Below are positions 46,882 through 55,885 of a stretch of DNA of 64,000 nucleotides, piece after piece (position 1 is the first letter of the stretch; every line of letters begins with the position of its first letter). The DNA lies in sequence record NC_048077.1. One strand, written 5' to 3'. The position numbers were made by a program, and so were the translations under genes. The notes below the pieces were generated by a model. The model ran no database searches. It worked only from the letters and a program-made list of their open reading frames with translations, and was not told where the DNA came from.

Positions 46882-47720
46882 ATATCTTTAATTGCCTCAT
46901 AAATAAAACGAGGAATACCCGCGATTGTAATGCCTTGCTGTTTCGCAAGAATCGCGAGAGCACGCGGAGTTTTCACACGCGAATCATCACTAGGATAATT
47001 GCGAGAGTTTCCGATATCATTACGCAGACCAGTTGCCAGTTCGTTGTAACGATATTGATCGCCGTAGCTTCCACGAATTTTATCGTAGATGTAAGCAACT
47101 TCACTATCACCCTGCTTTAAAAGTTTGGGGATAGTTTTATTGATCGCTGCGTGCATCAATTGAAGCCACGGCATCACGTAGTCTTTACGGCTACGCGGAA
47201 TATAACCGCCACGAATGATTTTAGATTTCGCCAGAATGCGCGGATCGTTCAGAGGCACACGGCGCTCTTTACGCATCGAGATCATATCTTTCTGGTTATT
47301 GTATGCGAACACGCTAATCTTTCGACGAGCGCACGCCAGCACCAGATCACGCAGATATTTTCCGTCATCGTTACGATCCAAGTTAATGTGAACCGCAATA
47401 ATAAACGGCGAAGCCGGAATACTAGGCTTGTCAGTAATCAAACGTTCCTCAGCTTCGGAATATTTGTGATTCGCCCAATAGTCCATCGGTTCAAGTTTGT
47501 AACGGGATTCAAGGGCGCGTCCATCCAGTTCAAACATTACGCCGTGTGCCTTATCAGCAAACGCATTGCTTCGTGTGCGAGTAAGAGAAAGATAAAACAA
47601 TTTTCCCTTATTGATAACCTCGTCAGATTCAGCAGCGTCAGCCATACTCAAAAAGAAACGGTTGTCAGTAACAATCTGCGCCGCTTTGTGAGTTTGAGTG
47701 AAGTGATATAAAGGTTTCAT
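46878..47720 (-). CDS. ADP-ribosyltransferase-fold-like protein, paralog 1
   Basis: LYHFT, YLSLTR, EAEER motifs. Confidence 0.55.
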   Translation of the reverse strand: MKPLYHFTQTHKAAQIVTDNRFFLSMADAAESDEVINKGKLFYLSLTRTRSNAFADKAHGVMFELDGRALESRYKLEPMDYWANHKYSEAEERLITDKPSIPASPFIIAVHINLDRNDDGKYLRDLVLACARRKISVFAYNNQKDMISMRKERRVPLNDPRILAKSKIIRGGYIPRSRKDYVMPWLQLMHAAINKTIPKLLKQGDSEVAYIYDKIRGSYGDQYRYNELATGLRNDIGNSRNYPSDDSRVKTPRALAILAKQQGITIAGIPRFIYEAIKDI

Positions 47721-49651
47721 CAGCTTACAATAGGTTCCTTGTTGACTTCAAACTCTTCTGACATATCGTACACGCGAGCGAATAGAGTTGGTTTCATATC
47801 CTTCACATGTTCTGCAATATCGAAAAGACTTTGTTTGCGGGCTTTATTGATTCGCACCTGACGAACTTCGTCCGGGCTATTAGTGATATCGTAAAGCGTG
47901 TAAACAATAATGCTGTCCGAAGATTTATGAGGCGCTTCGCGAAGAATTACCCATTCACGTTTGAGTTTTTCATCGGCTTTAAACACCACAATATCGCCTG
48001 CTTCCGGATTCGCCAATTTCTCTGGCGTGCCTTTATTTTCTGTAGCTTGTTTTTTAGCAAGTTCAGCGGCCTCCTGTTCAGCGTTGAGAACATCCTCATC
48101 GACTTCATCGGAATCAGTTTCATCAATATCAGCAGCGTCGTCTTCGGAATCCGCTTCTTCTTCATCCTCGGAATCTTCTTCATCCTCAGAATCAGTGTCT
48201 TCCTCAGAATCAGTGTCTTCCTCAGAATCAGTGTCTTCGTCCGGATCTTCTTCCTCTTCGTCATCCGTTTCTTCTTCTGAATCGGTATCATCCTCTTCAT
48301 CAGTGTCTTCGTCCGGATCTTCTTCCTCTTCGTCATCCGTTTCTTCGTCGTCCGTTTCCTCAGAATCGTCTTCTGATTCAGTATCATCCTCAGAATCTTC
48401 TTCCTCTTCCGGAGCAGGTTTCGCTACCTTAGATTTTTTCTTAACTTTCGATGGCGGCGCTTCTTCCTCTTCGTCTTCTGGTTCTTCTTCAACATCAGAC
48501 AAATCGAAATCACTTTCTACGGAATCAGAATCATCGCCGTCGCCAAACATGGAACCAATTACAGAATCAATTCCCATGTTGTCACTTGCGAATGGACGTG
48601 CAGAAAGAATATCTTCAAGCGGAGCAAACATATCGTCTTCCTCTGCCTGTTCTTCTTCAACTACATCCATATCCAGAACTTCGTCGAGATCTTCTTCGAG
48701 TTCTTCTTCTGCCAGAATAGATTTAATCTGGTTGCGCAGACGCACGGTAGGAATCGCATTCTCTTCCGTGTCAAACGTGCGAGGTTTAGCAGAAGGCGCT
48801 TCCATTTCACCACGTTTGATTTTCTCTTTCATTTCGTCGTAGCGCTCTTGTTCTGCGCGAGAATTTTCTTTTTGTGCGCGTTTGGCTTCACGGGCAGAAA
48901 TTTCTTTAGCAAGTTTTTCCGCACGCTGTTCAAGACGTGCAGCCTCACGCTGTTCAACCTGCGTGCGATGTTTCATTTTCTTGCTATCGGCGCGGTACGC
49001 TTTAACGTCTGCATCAGACAGCGTGCCATTAGGCCAATCCTGAATCGGCATAACGAGAGTTTCCGTAACCACTTTATCGTAGTTTTCCGGAGTGAGTTTT
49101 AAATACATCCCTTTCTCGTTAATAATAACGCCGCCTTTCGCATCGCGAATGTAGCGCATACCTATCATTTCGTTCTTTTTCAGAATCTCTTTGCCTTTAG
49201 TGTGCGTAACGGTCAAAGACATTTCCGGAACGATACGCCATTGATAGTTGCTAAAATCAATGCCGTTTTTATATTCGTTTGGAACAGTGCGCGGAGCAAA
49301 TCGAGCATTGTCGAAATTCTTACGCTGCAACTGACGTTCCGTAGTTTTAACGCCGCGTGCTTTTGCGCGTCCTTCGCGCTGAACAATATCAGGCAGCTTA
49401 CGCAATTTTGTTGCACGCTCTAACAACTGATTCCCGTTCTTCTTATCGAGCGGGAAATTGATATGAGGCATATCAGGAAAAATAAGAGTGAAACGAGATC
49501 CGCTTTTAAGAGACTTAACGCCAAAGATATCGCCCTCGCGAATCATGCGTTTGTGAGTACGTTCCGAAACTTCTTTGCCGCGTTGCCCTGTATACTTAAA
49601 CCAGTTGTATTCGCTAACCGCTTCGTCATATGTAGCCGACTGAGAGAGCAT
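47720..49651 (-). CDS. Head-associated protein with paralogous N-terminal domain and ~200-aa acidic disordered tract
   Basis: MLSQSA start; WFKYTG domain; D/E tract; C-terminal SH3-like segment. Confidence 0.8.
   Translation of the reverse strand: MLSQSATYDEAVSEYNWFKYTGQRGKEVSERTHKRMIREGDIFGVKSLKSGSRFTLIFPDMPHINFPLDKKNGNQLLERATKLRKLPDIVQREGRAKARGVKTTERQLQRKNFDNARFAPRTVPNEYKNGIDFSNYQWRIVPEMSLTVTHTKGKEILKKNEMIGMRYIRDAKGGVIINEKGMYLKLTPENYDKVVTETLVMPIQDWPNGTLSDADVKAYRADSKKMKHRTQVEQREAARLEQRAEKLAKEISAREAKRAQKENSRAEQERYDEMKEKIKRGEMEAPSAKPRTFDTEENAIPTVRLRNQIKSILAEEELEEDLDEVLDMDVVEEEQAEEDDMFAPLEDILSARPFASDNMGIDSVIGSMFGDGDDSDSVESDFDLSDVEEEPEDEEEEAPPSKVKKKSKVAKPAPEEEEDSEDDTESEDDSEETDDEETDDEEEEDPDEDTDEEDDTDSEEETDDEEEEDPDEDTDSEEDTDSEEDTDSEDEEDSEDEEEADSEDDAADIDETDSDEVDEDVLNAEQEAAELAKKQATENKGTPEKLANPEAGDIVVFKADEKLKREWVILREAPHKSSDSIIVYTLYDITNSPDEVRQVRINKARKQSLFDIAEHVKDMKPTLFARVYDMSEEFEVNKEPIVS
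48184..48346. repeat. Tandem 18-bp repeat x3 plus ~46-bp duplication
   Basis: CCTCAGAATCAGTGTCTT at 48184, 48202 and 48220; CAGTGTCTTCGTCCGGATCTTCTTCCTCTTCGTCATCCGTTTCTTC at ~48229 and 48301. Confidence 0.85.
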
Positions 49652-49680
49652 TTTTATTCTCCGTTTTTGGTGATGTAAAT

Positions 49681-49708
49681 AAATTAGGAACTTCCCTGTT
49701 CCTAGTTC
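49681..49708 (-). promoter_or_regulatory. Hairpin (TAGGAAC/GTTCCTA) overlapping a CCTAATTT motif
   Basis: 7-bp perfect stem between genes, about 30 nt upstream of 49651. Confidence 0.4.
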
Positions 49709-49710
49709 TA

Positions 49711-52700
49711 TTAACCACCTGCGAGATAGCCGCGAGTGTCACAACCGAATTCACCACAATATTCCCCGCAAGGAATTTTGATAGCCCACGTCCATGTTCC
49801 ATCGGGTTGTTGAATGCCAAATACTTCATCAGGTGTTTTGTGCCAAACATTGACAGCGTTTTGCAGCGCATCAAGTTCAGTTGCAAAATAACCTTTCTTG
49901 AGAGGATCTTGTTCGCCGTATTCAGTTTTCGGAACAAACATTGTCACTTTCATACGCTCAACAGGATAAGCAGCATTTTCGATTACGCGAGGTGCGTATT
50001 CTCCAGCAACAATAACTTGAACGGAAACCAATTCAGCATCAGACGCTTTTGGTTTATAAACATCCGGAGCGACTTTGAACCAATGATCCGTTTCATGACT
50101 GTAAGCAGCGCTGTCAACTTTCCTTTCAACAGCAGTGTCGAGATTATAAATATTCCCCGGCACTTTATTCTCGATATTCGTTCCAATGGCATACGAGAGC
50201 GCACTCTTCGCTTGTCGTGGATCGGCGAGATACTTATAAGTCAATGGTGCGAAAATGAAATGAGAGTCCGGCGACATTTCGTAAGACGGATTCAATTCAA
50301 ACCAATGAGGCAACGGCGGTTTATATTCTGCGGTAGGTTGCAGATAAACGATAGGACGCGGATTAACAGCGTCGATTCGATGAACTTCATCAACGGTGTT
50401 TCTCCAATCCATATCGTGCGCCGATGATGGATTCGCAGGCAGATACCAATCAGATTCTGCGGCATCAACTTTGTTGTAGTTATATGCCATAGTTTCTGCG
50501 GCTTCGAACGCGTCATAGTTCGGAACCAGTGTCGCCTGAATCCACATCACATGAGTTTCATTTTTCGCAGGCGTAGTAAGTTGGATGTAATATGGTTCAG
50601 CAGGGAAGATCCCTTTGTTGGTTCCTTCGACGTAATAAACAGGAGCAGCCGGAATTTGATGAACAGGTTCATACGGTTCAACAATTTGCGGCGTAGTGTC
50701 AATACGATCAGAAACAGCATTCCATTCACGCGCAATATCAGCAACATCAAAAGCATCGCCAATATTCACTTCGTTCCATTTAGAAACGCGAGGCGTGATT
50801 ACACCATCTACGATTAAAACTCTCTCGTCTAGATCCGAAAACGAATTGCTAAACTCACCCGGAACAGAATCGACATACACAGAATCGCCGTAGGTGAAAC
50901 CGTCTTTCGTTCCATAGCTCGATTCTGTCGCATACCCATATGCAGGCATATCCATTAACTGCGCTGCGAATAAATGCCACTCTTCACGAACTAAATTCAT
51001 TTGAGTTGAACGATACAGCAAGGCAGCAGCGTATTCCTCGTTAAAGGTTGCTTCCTGTCCTGCATAATCAATTGCAAAAGCAAACTCAAATATAGAAGGA
51101 ATCCGATCATTTCCAGAAGCGGCTTGCGTAGAATAATCTTGCCCCCGCGATTCGAAAGCATATTTCAACTCTGCCAAATCAACAGCATCCGGAACAGAAT
51201 CAAATTGCGCGGAATAAACCACGGTGCCAGCGAAATCATGAAGCCACGAAATTTCTGCGTTACCTAGTTTCAGAATTTTAGGTTGCATATGTGCCGGATA
51301 GGATTCTAGTTTCAGAATCGAATCACACGAAACATCCTTCAACTCAAAACTATTTTTGTACATCGCGCGTGAGTCAATCGGCGCTTCAATATCAGTGCCG
51401 TCAACCTCAAACAAAATGCCAGCAGGTACAGAAATATCCGTAAGAAAGTTTGGTGGAATTTCATCGAACTTCAACGGATCGCTTGATGCAACAACCATCC
51501 CATTAGAATAAGTTGGTGCAGGCTGCGCGTCCAGCCAAGTTTCATGCGTCCATATATCCCACGTATACTTATAACGAGAACTACCAAATTTGATTTGATA
51601 TTTCTTGTTCGGTTCCGGTGGCGTGAACAGAAGTTGTGTTGACTGTCCGATCTCCAGCGTTACCTCTTTCCCGCCCTGAATGAATTCCCCATCGTCGGAA
51701 TCAATCGTGAGCGCAAGCGCCGTGATCCCATCGTTAGTTAAAACAACAGTGCGATATTCTTTTCCAGCTTGAGCATAAGCGCGATTAGGAACCGGATCGA
51801 ATTGAATTTCCGAAACAGTATAAATTCCCCAATCAGTTTCATACTCTCCCGCAATCACTTTGATCAAAGTGATGTTGTATCCATGCTTGACGCGCAAATA
51901 AAACTTATCGCCGTTGTACAGGAACACAGGTGCCGGAGTTTTCACGCCATTAACGAATACTTCAACACGATCATTCTGTTCAGCGCCATCAATCAGAACA
52001 GAGAATTCGACACGCTGGTTCACACCAGTAATCTGTTTTTCTACTGTTTGTTGCCAGCTATAATCCGGAACATCGTAAATTGTGTCAAAGGTAAATGGAT
52101 CAGGAAGCGGATCAGGAACCACTTCAACCAAACCATTTGAGCGGCCTACGCTAAACGGGAAAGGCTGCGCCGTTAAATATGCGTGCTCTGCAACTACAGT
52201 AACTTGCTCGCCGTTACGAACTGTTTTTACCGGAGTATTGTTGACCGTAGCAGTCCACACAATGCCAGCAGGCAAAACAATCGGAAGCGAATCGTCTGCA
52301 TCATCCAGTGTCGCAGTAAAGTTAAACGTAACTTTTTTGCCAAGTGGAACGTTATAAGTCGGCAACGTTGCACCGAAGGTAGGCAAATAAGTGTGCGTAA
52401 GAGTTAATGTCGGACGAGCAACAAAACCATAAAGCGGAGTTGTTTCTCCGTTACTCATCAAGTTTAAATAAGACCAGTTGCGCGAACTTACATCCGTGAT
52501 CGGCAATGTTCTTTCAACAAAACTTTTACGCCCGGTTGTATCACTACCTGCCTCAAGAAGAACAGAAGAAGCTGGATTCGTGAAAGTTGTTGGATAGCGA
52601 AGATGATTCCCGTCTTGCGTACCTGCGTTAAATTTAACGCCAGTTTTTATCACGTAACGAGAAAGAGAGTTATCCGCAAAATTTATTGCGTAAACATCAT

Positions 52701-53673
52701 CGGTTCCCGGAGCGAACGCATAAAAGAAACTTGCAGCATCAGGAGTTTGCCAAACATCAGTGCCTACGAGTTTACCGCTACGCGTAATATACGCATCAAG
52801 GCTCTCGTGGCAGTTAACGTAATAGTCATCACTCTTAACACTGAGTTCCGTAAACGAGGAATCAAGTTTATGAATCCTGCCTTCGCTATCGAATACCGCA
52901 AATAACGGATCAAATGCGCCAGCAGCTTTTAGAAGAACAACACGAACAACTCGATAACCGAGATTGATATTTGGCTGCGCTTCCATTCGAACGTTATATC
53001 GAGAAACTACGCCGTTCGAAGAAAAAATTGCAATCGTGCGTCGATGCGTTGCAGGAGAATAAAACGCGAGTGCTTCTGCGAATTCCTGCGAAATGGTTTT
53101 ATAGCGAATCAAACCATCAGCACTAGACGGACTATTAAAAAGGTGGATCTTCTGCGTAGCTTTATCAGCAACGAACCAGACAGGCAACTTGTAATCAAAT
53201 GCCGATTCATTCAGCGTTACGCTTGAAAGTTTTTTCGGAACGAGCGCATCAAATGCAGCCATCGAATTCTGAGCAGCACCAAACGCAATGACGGCTTCAC
53301 CGAATTCCGGATCAACAGAATCAGATTTATAAAGCGCGTCAAAACCGCTCATCAGTGCTTTCGGCGTAACTGTTTTGCTGAGAGTCTGCAATAAGTTACG
53401 AGACGCCTCTTGCAGCAAAGTCCACTGCCCGGCGTAGTCGTAATAAACAGTTACGTGTTTGGCTTCATATTGTTTCGTCGGCGGCGTAGCAGTGACAGTA
53501 AAGTTATACATGCCAAACTGATCAGCCGTTACTTCTATTTGATCCGAAGAGTTTTCAAACGTACCACCGACAACTAAAAATTTCAGTTTGCCGGAAGGAT
53601 AACGTTTAATATGAATCGCGTTTGACCAAGATTCAGCTTTGTTTGAAACAATCGTCTGAATGTTATTGGCCAT
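49711..53673 (-). CDS. Large virion fibre/appendage protein
   Basis: 1320 aa, beta-rich, PDPFTF.../Ig-like modules, Pro/Tyr-rich C-terminus ending in a Cys cluster. Confidence 0.7.
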   Translation of the reverse strand: MANNIQTIVSNKAESWSNAIHIKRYPSGKLKFLVVGGTFENSSDQIEVTADQFGMYNFTVTATPPTKQYEAKHVTVYYDYAGQWTLLQEASRNLLQTLSKTVTPKALMSGFDALYKSDSVDPEFGEAVIAFGAAQNSMAAFDALVPKKLSSVTLNESAFDYKLPVWFVADKATQKIHLFNSPSSADGLIRYKTISQEFAEALAFYSPATHRRTIAIFSSNGVVSRYNVRMEAQPNINLGYRVVRVVLLKAAGAFDPLFAVFDSEGRIHKLDSSFTELSVKSDDYYVNCHESLDAYITRSGKLVGTDVWQTPDAASFFYAFAPGTDDVYAINFADNSLSRYVIKTGVKFNAGTQDGNHLRYPTTFTNPASSVLLEAGSDTTGRKSFVERTLPITDVSSRNWSYLNLMSNGETTPLYGFVARPTLTLTHTYLPTFGATLPTYNVPLGKKVTFNFTATLDDADDSLPIVLPAGIVWTATVNNTPVKTVRNGEQVTVVAEHAYLTAQPFPFSVGRSNGLVEVVPDPLPDPFTFDTIYDVPDYSWQQTVEKQITGVNQRVEFSVLIDGAEQNDRVEVFVNGVKTPAPVFLYNGDKFYLRVKHGYNITLIKVIAGEYETDWGIYTVSEIQFDPVPNRAYAQAGKEYRTVVLTNDGITALALTIDSDDGEFIQGGKEVTLEIGQSTQLLFTPPEPNKKYQIKFGSSRYKYTWDIWTHETWLDAQPAPTYSNGMVVASSDPLKFDEIPPNFLTDISVPAGILFEVDGTDIEAPIDSRAMYKNSFELKDVSCDSILKLESYPAHMQPKILKLGNAEISWLHDFAGTVVYSAQFDSVPDAVDLAELKYAFESRGQDYSTQAASGNDRIPSIFEFAFAIDYAGQEATFNEEYAAALLYRSTQMNLVREEWHLFAAQLMDMPAYGYATESSYGTKDGFTYGDSVYVDSVPGEFSNSFSDLDERVLIVDGVITPRVSKWNEVNIGDAFDVADIAREWNAVSDRIDTTPQIVEPYEPVHQIPAAPVYYVEGTNKGIFPAEPYYIQLTTPAKNETHVMWIQATLVPNYDAFEAAETMAYNYNKVDAAESDWYLPANPSSAHDMDWRNTVDEVHRIDAVNPRPIVYLQPTAEYKPPLPHWFELNPSYEMSPDSHFIFAPLTYKYLADPRQAKSALSYAIGTNIENKVPGNIYNLDTAVERKVDSAAYSHETDHWFKVAPDVYKPKASDAELVSVQVIVAGEYAPRVIENAAYPVERMKVTMFVPKTEYGEQDPLKKGYFATELDALQNAVNVWHKTPDEVFGIQQPDGTWTWAIKIPCGEYCGEFGCDTRGYLAGG

Positions 53674-53694
53674 TTTCTTTCCTCAAGCGTCAGA

Positions 53695-53719
53695 AACAAA
53701 AAATGGGGCCGAAGCCCCA
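53695..53719 (-). terminator. Rho-independent terminator (UUCG loop)
   Basis: Minus-strand TGGGGCTTCGGCCCCA-TTTTTTGTTTC. Confidence 0.85.
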
Positions 53720-53734
53720 CGATTTTACACGCGA

Positions 53735-54889
53735 TTAAACGCCACCACCTGCGGCCAACAGGAAGATACGCATCCCGGTGTTTTTCGGGCTGTTTGCAGA
53801 CAGCGCCTGATAGGTACGTTTTTTCGGCGTAGGATTCTGAGGATCAGTGTTATCCATTTCGTTATAGACCTGAACAGCGATTTGCACGCCGTTGGAAATA
53901 ACGTCAGCCGAAGCGTAACCTACCATATCAATTTCATACGGATAAGAATAGCGATGAGAGTTGAAACCTTGCGGCAAACGGAAGTCAAATTTGTTGTCTT
54001 CCGAGAATGCAACTTGCTGCAACGGGTTGATAACTGCGAATGCGTCAGCGGAATGCTGAACAGCACTTACAGCAGCAGTCGGCGCGTTCACATCAGTTTC
54101 GCGAACGGTGAAACGCTGAATACCGCCAGCAATCAGATCGTTGGAAGATTCACTGCCGCCGCCGTTTACGGAGTACATGCAGAACAGCGGAGCTTTACCA
54201 TCGGTTACAACAGAACCATCGCGATTGATTGCGCGTTGAATTACCAGCCACGCTTGACGGCAACCGAAATCATCAGCACCTTCAACAGAAATGTGCAGCG
54301 CCAGACCGTGATCGGAAATAGACAGATGATAGGTCATCGGCGTAGATGCCGGATCGGTGAAGATCATAGAATCCGGTGCGGAATCGTCAAAACACATTGT
54401 TCCCGCGTAAGCCGGAGTTGCAGTCAGAGTGCCTTGATCGTTGATAATGCCGCGATGCCAGAAGTACGTTGCGAAAGCAGAGTTTTTATCTGCGTCCTGA
54501 GTGATTGTGTTCGGCAGTGCAGTCATGCGGCGTTTACCGATTGCGCCAGAGTAGATCGGATACGCGCCCTGACCGATAACAGTCTGACCGATTTTCGCAA
54601 CGGTGCCAGTATCAGAAATCTGATCCGGAGTCGCAACGTTCAAACGAGTTGACAGCGGAGCAATTTGTCCCGCGATACGCCAGCGCTGTTTACCTGCAAC
54701 ACCTGCAAGCACATCAACGCTTTCGGTTGCTTCAATAACAAAACTGTTCAGAGCAACAGTCGGCATAGAAGAACCAGCGGTTCCGTTCGCACTTACCAGA
54801 GTGAAACCATTTGCCACCAGATCGGCAACAATATCTTTCCACATTTTCTGGTTGTCAACGTAGCCAGATTTTTTAATAAACTTACCCAT
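53735..54889 (-). CDS. Abundant virion fibre/whisker subunit candidate, paralog 1
   Basis: Strong codon bias, own terminator; shares Y.LS..DHG..LH, WLV.QR, PLF..S..GG, INPLQQV with 54908..55882. Confidence 0.65.
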   Translation of the reverse strand: MGKFIKKSGYVDNQKMWKDIVADLVANGFTLVSANGTAGSSMPTVALNSFVIEATESVDVLAGVAGKQRWRIAGQIAPLSTRLNVATPDQISDTGTVAKIGQTVIGQGAYPIYSGAIGKRRMTALPNTITQDADKNSAFATYFWHRGIINDQGTLTATPAYAGTMCFDDSAPDSMIFTDPASTPMTYHLSISDHGLALHISVEGADDFGCRQAWLVIQRAINRDGSVVTDGKAPLFCMYSVNGGGSESSNDLIAGGIQRFTVRETDVNAPTAAVSAVQHSADAFAVINPLQQVAFSEDNKFDFRLPQGFNSHRYSYPYEIDMVGYASADVISNGVQIAVQVYNEMDNTDPQNPTPKKRTYQALSANSPKNTGMRIFLLAAGGGV

Positions 54890-54907
54890 TGTTAAGGTTC
54901 CTCTTTA

Positions 54908-55882
54908 TTATTCGCCAGTATCAACTTTTGCAATCGGGAAAAGAACTCGCATACCACGGTTATCTTTTCCGTTCGCATTCAGTGCGCGATAAGTGTTAGT
55001 CACTTTCGCAGGAGACAGATCAATCTGCGATGCAGCAGAAATAACATCAGCAGAAGTGTACCCCAACATATCCAGAACGATATGATAGAGATAACGATGA
55101 GAGTTAATCATGTGCGGGAACAGAACAATTGCTTTGTTCCCCTCCGCGATCATCACTTGTTGCAGCGGGTTAATAATCGGAATGCCATCAGGAGAAGGCA
55201 CAACCGCGCTGATAGGAGAAGTCGCAGAGAAAATATCACGCTCGATAACTACAAAGCGTTGGATCGATTTCGGATTCAGAGTATCCGGATCGCCTTCCTG
55301 ACCGCCACCGCAAGAGAAAATTGCGAACAGCGGAGATTGCGCATCTACTGCGCCAGTGTCTGCATCAACGCCGCGCTGAACTACCAGCCAGCTAAATGCG
55401 GTGCCAGTGTTATCCAGACCTTCGGCGTTTACGTGCAGTGAGAAACCGTGATCGGTAACAGACAGATCGTAAGAGAACGGATACGCTGCAAAATCAGCAG
55501 CGGCATCAACTTTCCAGTCATTGACCAGATCGATGAAGTATTCGCTTTCAGATCCATCAACAGAAACACGCCCAACTTCCGCAGTAGCATTACGCTTAAC
55601 AGCTTCGAAAGTGGGACTGAGTTGGTTAGACGGCAATACGTGAAGAGAAAGATTTTTCTTAACGTTATCTGCCGAAATAATTACAGACCATTTTTGATTT
55701 TCGTAGAGAGAATCAACCGCCATTGCAGCAGAAAGAACAATCTTTTTTGCCGCCGGAGTGATTGAAGTACCTGCCGCACCATCGACAGCAACAACCTGAA
55801 AACCGGAAGTTGAAAATGATTGCGCCAGATCGCGTGCAAGTGCTTCAAGCCCCACAACATTTTGGCCTTTAATGTAATTCAT
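54908..55882 (-). CDS. Virion fibre/whisker subunit candidate, paralog 2
   Basis: Clear paralog of 53735..54889. Confidence 0.65.
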   Translation of the reverse strand: MNYIKGQNVVGLEALARDLAQSFSTSGFQVVAVDGAAGTSITPAAKKIVLSAAMAVDSLYENQKWSVIISADNVKKNLSLHVLPSNQLSPTFEAVKRNATAEVGRVSVDGSESEYFIDLVNDWKVDAAADFAAYPFSYDLSVTDHGFSLHVNAEGLDNTGTAFSWLVVQRGVDADTGAVDAQSPLFAIFSCGGGQEGDPDTLNPKSIQRFVVIERDIFSATSPISAVVPSPDGIPIINPLQQVMIAEGNKAIVLFPHMINSHRYLYHIVLDMLGYTSADVISAASQIDLSPAKVTNTYRALNANGKDNRGMRVLFPIAKVDTGE

Positions 55883-55885
55883 GAA

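Noticed and set aside
47807-48842. Poly-Ser and Lys/Arg-rich ORFs in other frames
   Set aside because: Alternative-frame artefacts of the D/E tract in 47720..49651.
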